Position numbers and translations under genes: made by a program. A DNA stretch of 64,000 nucleotides, from assembly GCA_965204855.1 (NCBI GenBank), contig OZ242018.1, forward strand, positions 304,185 through 368,184, written 5' to 3'. The DNA is from Dehalococcoidia bacterium (GTDB taxonomy: Bacteria > Chloroflexota > Dehalococcoidia > Lucifugimonadales > JADFKI01). Below the pieces are notes generated by a model. The model ran no database searches. It saw only the letters and a program-made list of their open reading frames with translations, and was not told the DNA's origin. Shown here piece by piece: positions 19,351 through 28,614 of this stretch. The number at the start of each line of letters is the position of its first letter. The stretch's first letter is position 1.

Positions 19351-21336
19351 TCACCTCGTCATCGCCTCGAATTCACTCTCGGTCACCACACGGACACCGA
19401 GCTTCCGTGCCTTAGCCAGCTTGCTGCCGGCTCTATCGCCAACCACCAGCAGGTCGGTCGTCTTCGTCACGGAACTCTGCACGGTCCCGCCCAGCACCGC
19501 GACCCTCGCGTTGATGCTGCCCCTGGTGTAGCCTTCCAGCTTGCCGGTCGCGCATATCTTCATGCCTGACAGTGGCAAGGTTTCGGTATCGGTATCCACA
19601 TCCTGCGGATCTACGCTTTCGGTGCCGACTCCGAGTTCTTGCAGGGCACGTAACTGCCGGCGATTGCTTGTATTCTGAACGTAGCCGACGAACGACTCTG
19701 CCATCTTCGGGCCGAAGCTCTCCACCTGACGAACCTCGTCGTAGGTTGCATCGAGCAGCCGGTCCAGGCTGCCGAACTGTTCCACCAGCTTCTCCGACGC
19801 GCTTCGCCCCACCTCCCTGATGCCAAGAGCAGCGAGCAGCTTGTGGAGCGGCCGGTTCTTCGACTCCCTTATCTCACGGAGCAGGTTCTGCGTCTTCTTT
19901 GGACCGAAGCCGTCAAGTGAGCCGATGTCCTCAGATTTCAGTCGGTAGAGGTCGCCGATCTGCTTCACCAGCCCGTGGTCGATCAGTTGCCTGATTACGG
20001 CTGGGCCTGCGCCGCGGACGGCCATGTAGTCCTGTCCGATGAAGTGCTCAAGCCCGCGCTGCAACTGCTCAGGGCAGAGCAGTGTGTTGGGGCAATAGAT
20101 CCGAGCCTCGTTCGCCGGACGCGCCAGCTTGCTGCCACACGCGGGGCAGACGGACGGAAACTCGATGCGCTGCTCGCCGCCGGTGCGTTCGTCTGCGAAC
20201 ACCTTCTCGACGGCGGGAATGACGTCGCCTGCGCGTTTCACCAGGATGCTGTCCCCGACCCGCAGGTCGAGCTCGTCGATAACGTCTTTGTTGTGCAGCG
20301 TGAGCCTCGAGATCGTCACGTCGCCTATCACGACAGGCTTCACCTCGCCAACGGGCGTCACGGCGCCTGTGCGCCCGACCGAGAAGGACACATGGTCGAG
20401 CCTCGTGCGCTCGGCCCTTGCCGCGAACTTGCAGGCAAAGGCCCAGTTCGGCGAAGTCCGCCCCGCTCCGAGTATCCCCCTCGCCGCGAGACTGTCCAAC
20501 TTCACGACCACGCCGTCGCAGTCGTAGCCAATGCCCTGGCTTTTCTCCAGCAGGGTATTGAACGCGCCTTCGATATCGCTCTCTGTGCGCAACCCGCCGA
20601 TGCCGTGCTCGACGACCTTGAATCCCAGACCGGCAAGCCACTGCATGATCTCGGAATGGCAGGCAAAGCCCCGCGGCCGGTCGGAGTGAAGCAGCCCATA
20701 GGCGAAGAAGCGAATGCCGCGCCTTGCGACTTCCTTCGGGTCGGAATGCCGCATCCCGCCCGCGACCGTGTTCCTGGGGCTGGTGTACAGTTCCTCGCCC
20801 GCCTGCTCCCTGTTATTGTTCAGCAGAACGAATTGCGAGTTCGGCATGTACGCCTCGCCGACTACCGAGATGCGACCGGAGATTTTCTCTCGTAGCCGCC
20901 TGGGCACATCCACTATCTGCAAAGCGTTCTGATAGACATTCTCGCCAACCGTGCCGTCGCCGCGCGTAGCCGCTCCGGAAAACACCCCATCCTGGTAGTC
21001 CAGGCGCAGCGCCATTCCGTCGATCTTCAGGTCGGCATAGCCTTCCGCCTCATTTGCCTTCCGGACTATTGCATGCCACGCCTCCGCTCTCTCCACTTGG
21101 CCGAAGGCATTGTCGAGGCTCAGCATCACCGCAGGATGCGCCACCTTCGGGCTGCCTGCAGGGACCGCGGCTCCAACTACAGGCGGACTTACGGGCTGTG
21201 CGGACGTTCCGCCCTCTCTGCGATGCAGCTGGCGAACCATCGCGTCGTACTCCTCGTCGCTGATGAGCGGAGTGCCCTTGTCGTACAGCTGCGAGTGCAG
21301 CCTTATGCTCTGTTCCAACAGTTCAATCTCAGTCAT
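19351..21336 (-). CDS. ligA: NAD-dependent DNA ligase
   Basis: Adenylation motif DLKIDGMAL (KxDG), zinc finger CPACGSKL...CPNTLLCP, HhH region and C-terminal BRCT-like segment. AGGAG upstream of the ATG. Confidence 0.92.
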   Translation of the reverse strand: MTEIELLEQSIRLHSQLYDKGTPLISDEEYDAMVRQLHRREGGTSAQPVSPPVVGAAVPAGSPKVAHPAVMLSLDNAFGQVERAEAWHAIVRKANEAEGYADLKIDGMALRLDYQDGVFSGAATRGDGTVGENVYQNALQIVDVPRRLREKISGRISVVGEAYMPNSQFVLLNNNREQAGEELYTSPRNTVAGGMRHSDPKEVARRGIRFFAYGLLHSDRPRGFACHSEIMQWLAGLGFKVVEHGIGGLRTESDIEGAFNTLLEKSQGIGYDCDGVVVKLDSLAARGILGAGRTSPNWAFACKFAARAERTRLDHVSFSVGRTGAVTPVGEVKPVVIGDVTISRLTLHNKDVIDELDLRVGDSILVKRAGDVIPAVEKVFADERTGGEQRIEFPSVCPACGSKLARPANEARIYCPNTLLCPEQLQRGLEHFIGQDYMAVRGAGPAVIRQLIDHGLVKQIGDLYRLKSEDIGSLDGFGPKKTQNLLREIRESKNRPLHKLLAALGIREVGRSASEKLVEQFGSLDRLLDATYDEVRQVESFGPKMAESFVGYVQNTSNRRQLRALQELGVGTESVDPQDVDTDTETLPLSGMKICATGKLEGYTRGSINARVAVLGGTVQSSVTKTTDLLVVGDRAGSKLAKARKLGVRVVTESEFEAMTR

Positions 21337-21363
21337 ATTCTTTCTCCTGTTTCCATAAACACG

Positions 21364-21397
21364 GAGAGGGCAGCGGGATTAAACCCACTGCCCTCTC
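21364..21397 (-). terminator. 10-bp-stem hairpin 25 nt upstream of the ligA start (terminator/attenuator or operator)
   Basis: GAGAGGGCAG / CTGCCCTCTC arms with a 14-nt loop. Only a partly U-rich tail (GUGUUUAU) follows on the minus strand. Confidence 0.4.
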
Positions 21398-21615
21398 TGT
21401 CAATAAACTATTCGGTTGTTGTGCCATGTGGCGCTCTCAGCGTCGCTCCCGCTCAGGAACCGTGCAGGTTGCCACAATCTGTCAATTCGGCGCGTGACGT
21501 GCCTGTTTCCGAGCTTCGGATGCTACGCAGGGAGTGGAGCCGCCAGTCTCGGGGTTGTTCGGGAGTAATCGACGAGAATCATGGAACGCCGTTATGCTCC
21601 CTTCCGTCTGAAATG

Positions 21616-21649
21616 AAAAGACCCCGCAGGGGGAATTCCCTACGGGGTC
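21616..21649 (-). terminator. Intrinsic terminator
   Basis: GACCCCG...CGGGGTC stem enclosing the GGGAATTCCC palindrome, followed by a T-run on the minus strand. Confidence 0.65.
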
Positions 21650-21673
21650 CGACTTGTTGTGGATTGGTGGATT

Positions 21674-22489
21674 CTACCGGGGTGCGTCCGGCTGCATATC
21701 TCGCAGTTCGACTTCATGCCAGAAAGCGGCATTCGGATCGTGCGCCTTCACGAAATCGTACTCGTCCCTTATTACCGTGCCCCTTATCTCTGAACGGACT
21801 GATGCGCCGGCGACCACAGCGTACGCATCCTTGCCTGTGGCGCGCGCAATCAATCTGGCATTGCTGGTGGATTTGGCAATGTCCCGGTCCTCAACCGTGT
21901 AGGATGCTTCAATCGCGACATAGAACTCAGTCCTGTTCCTGTTATTCTCGGTAACCTTCAGTACAAGGTCAGCAGTGTCGAGGTTCCCCAATAGCGTCTC
22001 CATGGGAATGTCGCCGTAAATGTCAGACATGTCCATATCTTCGGCGTTGCTGCTTATCAGGTTCAGCTCGTCGTCATCCAGCACCACCGTTGCCGACAGC
22101 CGATTGCCCCGGGCGCGGGCGATAGTCCTGGCGATAATCCTCCTGAACCTGCGCGTTCCTTCCATTGCATAAGCTCCGCGGAACCTGTCGAGGCTTCTAT
22201 TCTGCTCACTGAACAGAGCGTGCTGAGTGTCCAATCGCCCGTCGATACCGTCTAAACGCTCATCGATACCGTCGAAGCGCCTGTCGATGCCGTCGAACCT
22301 TTCCTCCGCTCCCCTCTGGAACTCCTTCGTATCCCGCTGGAATACCTTCACTTCTTTCTGGAACTCCCCGAACTCGTGAGGCAGCCTAATCAATTCCTCA
22401 GTGAGGATCTTGTACCGCACGGCTGCCAGAAACTGCTCGTTTTCGTCCAGCAGTCGCAACAGGTCGTCGATCGAATTGATGGTAGTCAT
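21674..22489 (-). CDS. Coiled-coil protein with RFDGID repeats
   Basis: 271 aa containing ERFDGIDRRFDGIDERLDGIDGRLD tandem octads. The C-terminal half (FYVAIEASYTVEDRD) is of unknown fold. Confidence 0.55.
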   Translation of the reverse strand: MTTINSIDDLLRLLDENEQFLAAVRYKILTEELIRLPHEFGEFQKEVKVFQRDTKEFQRGAEERFDGIDRRFDGIDERLDGIDGRLDTQHALFSEQNRSLDRFRGAYAMEGTRRFRRIIARTIARARGNRLSATVVLDDDELNLISSNAEDMDMSDIYGDIPMETLLGNLDTADLVLKVTENNRNRTEFYVAIEASYTVEDRDIAKSTSNARLIARATGKDAYAVVAGASVRSEIRGTVIRDEYDFVKAHDPNAAFWHEVELRDMQPDAPR

Positions 22490-22668
22490 TTCCTATCTCC
22501 TTTTCAGATTATAACCGATGTTCGCCAATAGAGAAGGGTGATGAATCTAAAGCCATAATTCCGTCCCTGAAAGGCGTGGGCGTGATTAGGGACGCTCGTT
22601 CCGATCTTAGTTTCCGTGAGTCCAGGCCTGTCAACCTGGCCCTGAAGATCATGCGAGTTCGGCCAACT

Positions 22669-23331
22669 TCACGCGAGCCCATCGCCCCGGTCCAACTTCC
22701 TGATGCCGGGACGAACACCTTCGCTTACCACGGTAGAGCCAACTCTGGAAGCGCCATTCTCCCCTGCCGGTCGGCACCCCAGCGCCCTTTCGAGCAGGCT
22801 GTCGTACTCACCTCCGAGGAACCTTTTCAGCACGACTGCTACGCCGTCCTCAGCGGAGCGCACGAGCACACCCCTGTTCCATACGGGCTCCGACGTGATC
22901 CCGCTCAGCTGGTCGACTATTCCTTCGACACGTCCGCCGATGCGCAGGCAGTACGAGACCATTCGCGCAAGTCCCTCAAGGTGGGCGTACTCGATCTCCC
23001 CGCACTTGCCGACGCGGATGAATACCTCGAAAAGCCTCCAGTCCTCATCGGTGTTGAGCGTAACGAACAGCTTGCCGCCAGCCGTCATCACCTCGTCGGT
23101 GACTCCGGCAACAACCCTGGGACGTTCACGCGCACCGTAGTTGCCTTCTCTCCCGTTATCAGTCTCACCCGTGGTCAGGTCCAGTTCCTCGCTCAAATCC
23201 AATCGGAAGTCCTCTAGTGTCTCCGCAATCGGCTCCTCGCTGTCCAGGAACTCCGTCAGGTCTTTCGTCTCCCGGGCGACGTTCATCGTCGCGGTTACTT
23301 CCTTTAGCATTCGCTCTCTCTCTCCTGTCAT
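22669..23331 (-). CDS. TSCPD-domain-like protein
   Basis: LFVTLNTDEDWRLFEVFIRVGKCGEIEYAHLEGLARMVSYCLRIGG...QLSGI resembles the TSCPD module found at the C-terminus of class II ribonucleotide reductases. Confidence 0.5.
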   Translation of the reverse strand: MTGERERMLKEVTATMNVARETKDLTEFLDSEEPIAETLEDFRLDLSEELDLTTGETDNGREGNYGARERPRVVAGVTDEVMTAGGKLFVTLNTDEDWRLFEVFIRVGKCGEIEYAHLEGLARMVSYCLRIGGRVEGIVDQLSGITSEPVWNRGVLVRSAEDGVAVVLKRFLGGEYDSLLERALGCRPAGENGASRVGSTVVSEGVRPGIRKLDRGDGLA

Positions 23332-23991
23332 TTACTTTCTGCGCGTGAGCTTCGGGAGCATCCTTGCGCGCCGCATGCTGAACGCCCGGTCGTTGTGGCA
23401 GATGATGTGGTCGAGAATCTCGATCCCCAGCATCTTGCCCACCCGGCACATGTCCCTCGTCGTTCGCCTGTCCAGCCTGCTCGGCTGCACCTTTCCCGAC
23501 GGATGGTTGTGAAACAGCACCACGTACTCCGCGCCAGTAAGCAGCGCGTCGCGGAAGATGTCCCTAGGCTCCAGCCTCTGAATGCCGTCAACCGTGCCCT
23601 GATAGACCATCCTCTTCGCCAGAAGCCCGTCGAATCGCGTCAGCGCCGCAACGTGCAACTGCTCATGCCCCAGTCCATATAGCTCTTCGCGTACCAGCTC
23701 GAACAGTGCCTCGGGCCCCCTCACGATGAGAAGTCCTGCGGCGTCCCTGTTCAGGCTGTCCCTGTCGTATCCCAGCAGCGCCAGTGCCTCGATGAGGTCG
23801 GCCGAGTTCCCTTTGGGGGCTTGCCTGAGCATCCTGCGCAGGTGAGCGGCAGCCGCCACCGGGTCGATTTCAATCCTCTCTCGTCTTCCGGTAATCGTCA
23901 GAACCAACAGTCGCTTCCTATCCCTTCGCCATTCGCCGGTTTCGCAGCACTCTTGCGGAGTGAGCGCCGCCGAACTTCCGCCTGGTTCCAC
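23332..23991 (-). CDS. radC: RadC-like JAB domain protein
   Basis: VVLFHNHPSG JAMM-like motif and typical RadC length. The start is uncertain because of the overlap with the upstream ORF. Confidence 0.8.
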   Translation of the reverse strand: MEPGGSSAALTPQECCETGEWRRDRKRLLVLTITGRRERIEIDPVAAAAHLRRMLRQAPKGNSADLIEALALLGYDRDSLNRDAAGLLIVRGPEALFELVREELYGLGHEQLHVAALTRFDGLLAKRMVYQGTVDGIQRLEPRDIFRDALLTGAEYVVLFHNHPSGKVQPSRLDRRTTRDMCRVGKMLGIEILDHIICHNDRAFSMRRARMLPKLTRRK

Positions 23992-24298
23992 TTAGGCTCT
24001 CCTCGGCGGTCATGTCGAACTCCTCTCCCCACTCGTATGCGTCCTGGCTTACGGCATCCGCGCTGAGCGGCTCGGTCTTCATCGGATCGGCCGCCGTCGC
24101 CCGCAGGTGCTGCTGGTGCAGGAACCGCCGATAGCAGTCCCTCTCACCCGCGTGGTAGCTTCTGACCGTGGACACCGTTGCACGCGAGTCCTTTCCGGTT
24201 ACGCTTGTCACATCCACGGATGTCGTCTGCACCGCTGGCGCGTCAGAGGGGATCACTTCCCTGCACCAGTCGCAGACCCTAATAACTTTCCGTTCCAT
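23918..24298 (-). CDS. Hypothetical protein
   Basis: ATG at 24298 (MERKVIRVCDWC...) with GAAGGA upstream. The track start 24322 would run into the terminator hairpin. Confidence 0.4.
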   Translation of the reverse strand: MERKVIRVCDWCREVIPSDAPAVQTTSVDVTSVTGKDSRATVSTVRSYHAGERDCYRRFLHQQHLRATAADPMKTEPLSADAVSQDAYEWGEEFDMTAEESLSGTRRKFGGAHSARVLRNRRMAKG

Positions 24299-24320
24299 TT
24301 CAGATTCCTTCCCTGACGAC

Positions 24321-24351
24321 AAAAGCCCCCACCGCCGTAGCGAGTGGGGGC
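24321..24351 (-). terminator. Intrinsic terminator
   Basis: 8-bp stem GCCCCCAC/GTGGGGGC with an 11-nt loop, followed by TTTT on the minus strand. Confidence 0.7.
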
Positions 24352-24380
24352 CGTCGGTCAGAACCGGGGTTGCCGGTAAT

Positions 24381-27300
24381 CTAGTGTACGTTCAGCAGGG
24401 ACTGCTGCTCCGCAGCCTCCGCTCCTTTCTTGCGTCTGCTCCTCTTGCGCCTGCCGCGCTCCATGTCCTCTGTCGTCAGGTCGAAGGCGCTCAGCCAATC
24501 GTCCATGCTCACAGCGCCGAAGCTCTCAGGCTCGGGCACGTCGGCAGCAGGCTCAGGCGCCGCCTTCGGGGCGTTGAGGGGCGGCGCAACCTCCACTGGC
24601 TCGTTGCCGTCCGCCCTTGCCTTCATCCTCTCGTCCCACGGGCCGTAGCAGCCGGTGTGGAACACCCGCCCGGGCACTATCCTGATCCCGTCAATCGAGC
24701 TAATGCTCTCGGCGGCAGGGGTCTTGATGCGCTGCTCGTCGGGTACTATGAACTGCTCGCAGCCGTCGCACACCTCGAGAGCCTCCGCGCCCGGCTCAAG
24801 CGTGCCGAACAGAGGCATCCTGAAGCCGTCCCCGGCGTCATCGCTTCCGTCGGCAGAATCGGCGGGCGTGAGAGTCTGCGTCACCAGAGACGCCGCGACG
24901 TCCGCGCTCAGTCCGTCCGCCTCCTCGGCCTCGAAGTCAACGTCCCAGGCATCGGCGTCGTCCACCAGCAGCTGCTCGCTCTCGGCGTCGGTGTCGAGTC
25001 CCGCGATGTTGATGCCCGACTCGAAGCTGCCGTCGAACTCGAAGTCGCCCTCGACGAGCATCCTCGCGATGTCGCGGCCCATGCTGTCCCCGCCTGCCAT
25101 CGCGGTGAGCCCGTCGTTCGACAGGTCGCCCTCGACGGCGAGCGAGGTAGCGACTTTCTGCGCTATCAGGTAGAGCGCCTGCGTCTGCTTGCTGTCGCCG
25201 TAAGTGAGGTAGTAGATGCGCACGGGCTGGGTCTGCCCTATGCGCCAGGAGCGCCGCGACGCCTGCCTGACGCGGGCGGTGTTGTAGTCGGCTTCCATCC
25301 AGATTATGGTCGGAAACTCCAGCATGTCCACGCCGGTCTCTACGAGCTGCGGGTGGCATATCAGCACATCCAGCCCCGTTCTGAGCTGCTCGTCCAGCCA
25401 GCCCATGCGCTTGTCGGCATCGACGGTGTTGGAGCGCAGGACGCTCGCGCGGATGCCTTCCTTGCCGAGGACGTCGGCCAGGCGCGGCATCACGTCCCTC
25501 TTGTTGGTGTGGACACAGAATACCAGCACCTTGCGGCCCGCCTCCTTCTCCGCCTTCACTATCTCCAGGAGCTTCTCCTCCTTCGGGTAGAGCCTGTCGG
25601 CGGAGAGCGGAGGCCGGTTGATCAGCACGCTGCCGTCAGCAGGGCTGTGTATCACCGACGCCCCCGGCTGCGTGCAGCAGTCGGGGTAGCTGATGACAGC
25701 CTGCCCGAATATGGACACGAGCTGCGCGGCGGCGCGCGGATTCGTGTAAGTCAGCGACTTTATCTCCTCTTTGACTCGCCGCTCCATCACCTGGTAGACG
25801 TCCTTCTGCGTGTCGCCGGTGACGGGATCAGGCGTCTCGTCGAGGTCCACGGTGATCGAGTGCTCGCTGAAGTCGGGCAGTCCGGCGGCCACGTCCAGCA
25901 GGCGGATGAACACCGCCTGCCCCAGGATGTAGCGCAGCACGCCCGGCATCGCCCCCGGCAGGTCCTTGGGCTTTGAGTTCTGCTTCTTGTTGCGGCTGCG
26001 CTTGCTGTTCTCGGTGTCGAGGTAGACTGTCTTCTCCACAAATCCGAAGATGTTGCGCCAGCGTGTCTCCTCGCCGTGTCCGAAGTCGCGCCGTATGCCG
26101 CGACCGCCGAAGCCCCAGAGCAGGTGGAAGAGGTCCCGGGCGTAGCCTGCCATAAGAGTTCCCGTCAGGCTCATGTTCTGCGGAACTATCTCCGACATCA
26201 TGCGTGCCATCATGCCCTGCACCGAGTTACCCGCCTTAAACTGGTGAACCTCATCATTGATCACCAACTGCGCGAATTCGGGCATGTACCGCTTGATATA
26301 CTCCGCAAGGTCGTACCGCCGGGGCGGTATCTGCTTCGTCCTGAATATCTCGCGCTCTTCAGACTCGGCTACCGCGAACTCGTCGGGCGAATAGTCGGGA
26401 GACAGCGAGCCCATGCCTCGGTAGGAGAGGGCTTCATTTGCGTCCACGCTGTTGGCGTACAGGTACTTTCTGAGAACCTTCTGCTTGAGCTTCTCACCGC
26501 GCGTGGGAAAGCCGGTATCGACAGCGCTGACCCTTGTGTTCGTTAGCGCCTGCCAGAGCGGAGCGCCGCACCTGCGCGAATCGGTGCCGTAGGCGTCCAT
26601 GCCCAGGTTGTCCTTGAACACGGCGCGTCCTGTCGTGATGCGGCTGTCGCAGAAGCGCCTGCGCCGTGCCAGCCAGTCCCACTCGGCGGGCTCGTCGTCC
26701 TTGCCCACGAGTATGGGCTGACCGCACTCGGTGCAGCACATCCTCTGGACCCTGCGCCTGACGACCTTCGTGAGCCTCTCGTCGCTCCGGTCGTCGTCAT
26801 CGTCCTTCTGCACCTCGACCTCCTCGATGAACGGCCGCCATTTCGGATGCACCGGCTCGCCGGTCGTCTCCGCGTACTGCGGCTGCGGGCGGTAGCCCCA
26901 GCGCCAGTGGACGGCGGGTATGCGGCCATAGCTCAGCTTCGCCGTGCTGTGCGCGAAGATGGCGTACACCGGAGTGTCCGTGTCCTGCCTGCCGTAGTTG
27001 CGCTCAAGCCACCGGATCTGCTTGAGAGGGCTGCGGTAGAGCCGGTAGAACTCCTGCCTCGCCTTCGGACCGACCGGCTTCCGCCCGACGACGTACACCC
27101 GCGCCCCGGGTATCGTCTTCAGTATCTCGTCCTCCCACTTCCATACGAGGGTAGGAGGGCAGAGGATGAAGACTCGCCGCAGCCCCGCGAGGTACGATGC
27201 CGCGAGGCTGATGTAGGTCTTTCCTGTGCCCATCTCTCCCACGACCGTGGTGCCGGACTCACCGGAGAGCAGCGAGAACATCGCGCCCTCGATTGCGAGT

Positions 27301-28526
27301 CTCTGCCCGTTGCCGGGCATGGGCCTGCGCAGCAGCCTGTGGTACTCGGGCGCGTGTCCGAGCAGGTCGCGCAGCGCCTGCGGGCTGTACTTGGGAGGCA
27401 TTATCGCCGCGAGGTAGTCCGCAAGCTCCCTGCTCCACTTCGCAACGAACTCACCGAGCTGCACGTCGTCGGTGAACTCCCATGTGGCGGGGTCCAGGGT
27501 GACGGCGCTGCTGGTCATGCGCTCGATCAGGCGCTGCACGGTGCCGGACTCGTTCTCCTTCTGCACGTCCACGACCTTCTTCGAGGCTGCTCTGAATATC
27601 GTGGCATCCTCGTCGCCAGCCAGTCCGATGCCCAGACCGCCCACGCCGCCGCCGGACATGATCAGCCCCATGTGACCCACGCGGGGCGGCATCAGGGGCT
27701 CCACGATGTCGTTGGCGGGGGGACTGGTCATGTCGCGCCACTCGACCCGCGTCTCGTAGCCGGAGCGCGCTATCTCCTCCAGCACGTCGGCGTAGTCCAC
27801 GCGCAGCGCGGCGAACCTGTCCACGTCTTTCTCTGCAGCCGTGAGGCTGTACCTGACGTCCTCGCCGATGACGTCCTCCTTGCCCTGGGCGAAGCGTTCC
27901 AGGCTCTGCCGGTTTTCGGTCTGGCTCGGCGGGCTGGTATTGCGAACGGCGACGAGCATCACCTGGTTGAAGCGCTCGGCGTCGGGATTGCCGTCCTCCT
28001 GCCAGACGCGGAAGCTGGAGTAGTTGCGCGCCAGGAACTTCGCGCTTGTGTTGAGCACGTGGCGGGGCACCATGTATATGAGAATGCCGCCCGCGGCCAG
28101 CAACTGTGTCGCCCGCACCAGGAACCGCTGCTCCAGCCGCTTGTAGTCCGCGTCGTAGTCGTAGGGCGGGTTCAAGAGCATCAGGTTGAACGCTTCCGGC
28201 GTAACCAGCGTGTTGAAGTAGTCGGTCTGCACGACGCGCTTGAGCTTCCTGCGGGCCTTGCGGGCGCGCCCCGTGTCCAGCTCCACGCCGTAGGTCTCTA
28301 TCTGCTTCCTTGCGATCCGTCGTCCGGTCCTGCTCTCGTACTCCGCCCGCAGCGCATCGGCCAGCGTCCGCAGGGCGTCTCCTTCCCCGGCGCATGGGTC
28401 GATGAGCCGCAGGGGAGCGAGGTCACGCAGTTGCCCGATGTTGTCGAAGAGCTGCACTAGCCCCGCGATGGTGGGACAGTATGAGGGCAGATATTCCATA
28501 TCCGCCTGGGCTGAAAGTCTGCTCAT
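24381..28526 (-). CDS. Amino-methyltransferase / SNF2-type helicase fusion protein (1381 aa)
   Basis: The N-terminus has IDPCAGEGD (SAM motif I) and LLNPPYDYD (NPPY). The centre has GEMGTGKT (helicase motif I), NDEVHQFK (DEVH) and QASRRSWRIGQ (motif VI), with a Cys-ribbon insert CCTECGQP. Confidence 0.85.
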   Translation of the reverse strand: MSRLSAQADMEYLPSYCPTIAGLVQLFDNIGQLRDLAPLRLIDPCAGEGDALRTLADALRAEYESRTGRRIARKQIETYGVELDTGRARKARRKLKRVVQTDYFNTLVTPEAFNLMLLNPPYDYDADYKRLEQRFLVRATQLLAAGGILIYMVPRHVLNTSAKFLARNYSSFRVWQEDGNPDAERFNQVMLVAVRNTSPPSQTENRQSLERFAQGKEDVIGEDVRYSLTAAEKDVDRFAALRVDYADVLEEIARSGYETRVEWRDMTSPPANDIVEPLMPPRVGHMGLIMSGGGVGGLGIGLAGDEDATIFRAASKKVVDVQKENESGTVQRLIERMTSSAVTLDPATWEFTDDVQLGEFVAKWSRELADYLAAIMPPKYSPQALRDLLGHAPEYHRLLRRPMPGNGQRLAIEGAMFSLLSGESGTTVVGEMGTGKTYISLAASYLAGLRRVFILCPPTLVWKWEDEILKTIPGARVYVVGRKPVGPKARQEFYRLYRSPLKQIRWLERNYGRQDTDTPVYAIFAHSTAKLSYGRIPAVHWRWGYRPQPQYAETTGEPVHPKWRPFIEEVEVQKDDDDDRSDERLTKVVRRRVQRMCCTECGQPILVGKDDEPAEWDWLARRRRFCDSRITTGRAVFKDNLGMDAYGTDSRRCGAPLWQALTNTRVSAVDTGFPTRGEKLKQKVLRKYLYANSVDANEALSYRGMGSLSPDYSPDEFAVAESEEREIFRTKQIPPRRYDLAEYIKRYMPEFAQLVINDEVHQFKAGNSVQGMMARMMSEIVPQNMSLTGTLMAGYARDLFHLLWGFGGRGIRRDFGHGEETRWRNIFGFVEKTVYLDTENSKRSRNKKQNSKPKDLPGAMPGVLRYILGQAVFIRLLDVAAGLPDFSEHSITVDLDETPDPVTGDTQKDVYQVMERRVKEEIKSLTYTNPRAAAQLVSIFGQAVISYPDCCTQPGASVIHSPADGSVLINRPPLSADRLYPKEEKLLEIVKAEKEAGRKVLVFCVHTNKRDVMPRLADVLGKEGIRASVLRSNTVDADKRMGWLDEQLRTGLDVLICHPQLVETGVDMLEFPTIIWMEADYNTARVRQASRRSWRIGQTQPVRIYYLTYGDSKQTQALYLIAQKVATSLAVEGDLSNDGLTAMAGGDSMGRDIARMLVEGDFEFDGSFESGINIAGLDTDAESEQLLVDDADAWDVDFEAEEADGLSADVAASLVTQTLTPADSADGSDDAGDGFRMPLFGTLEPGAEALEVCDGCEQFIVPDEQRIKTPAAESISSIDGIRIVPGRVFHTGCYGPWDERMKARADGNEPVEVAPPLNAPKAAPEPAADVPEPESFGAVSMDDWLSAFDLTTEDMERGRRKRSRRKKGAEAAEQQSLLNVH

Positions 28527-28614
28527 GTTCTTCCTCTCTTAAGTTGTTAAGGTGCTGTCGGCCTGTCACGCCCGTGGCGCGACAGACACATTCTCGTGGC
28601 TACATGCAGAAACT

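Noticed and set aside
21395-21420. TTGACA hexamer just upstream (minus strand) of the hairpin preceding ligA, considered as a -35 box
   Set aside because: No acceptable -10 hexamer lies at a 16-18 bp spacing. The nearest TTTAAT is only 14 nt away.
24168-28460. Long plus-strand ORFs (24168-25976, 602 aa; 26847-28460, 537 aa; and several shorter ones) opposite the methyltransferase-helicase gene
   Set aside because: They are antisense shadow ORFs typical of high-GC DNA. They are extremely Arg/His/Pro/Gly/Val-rich and carry no motifs. They fully overlap a minus-strand ORF with multiple unambiguous MTase and helicase motifs.
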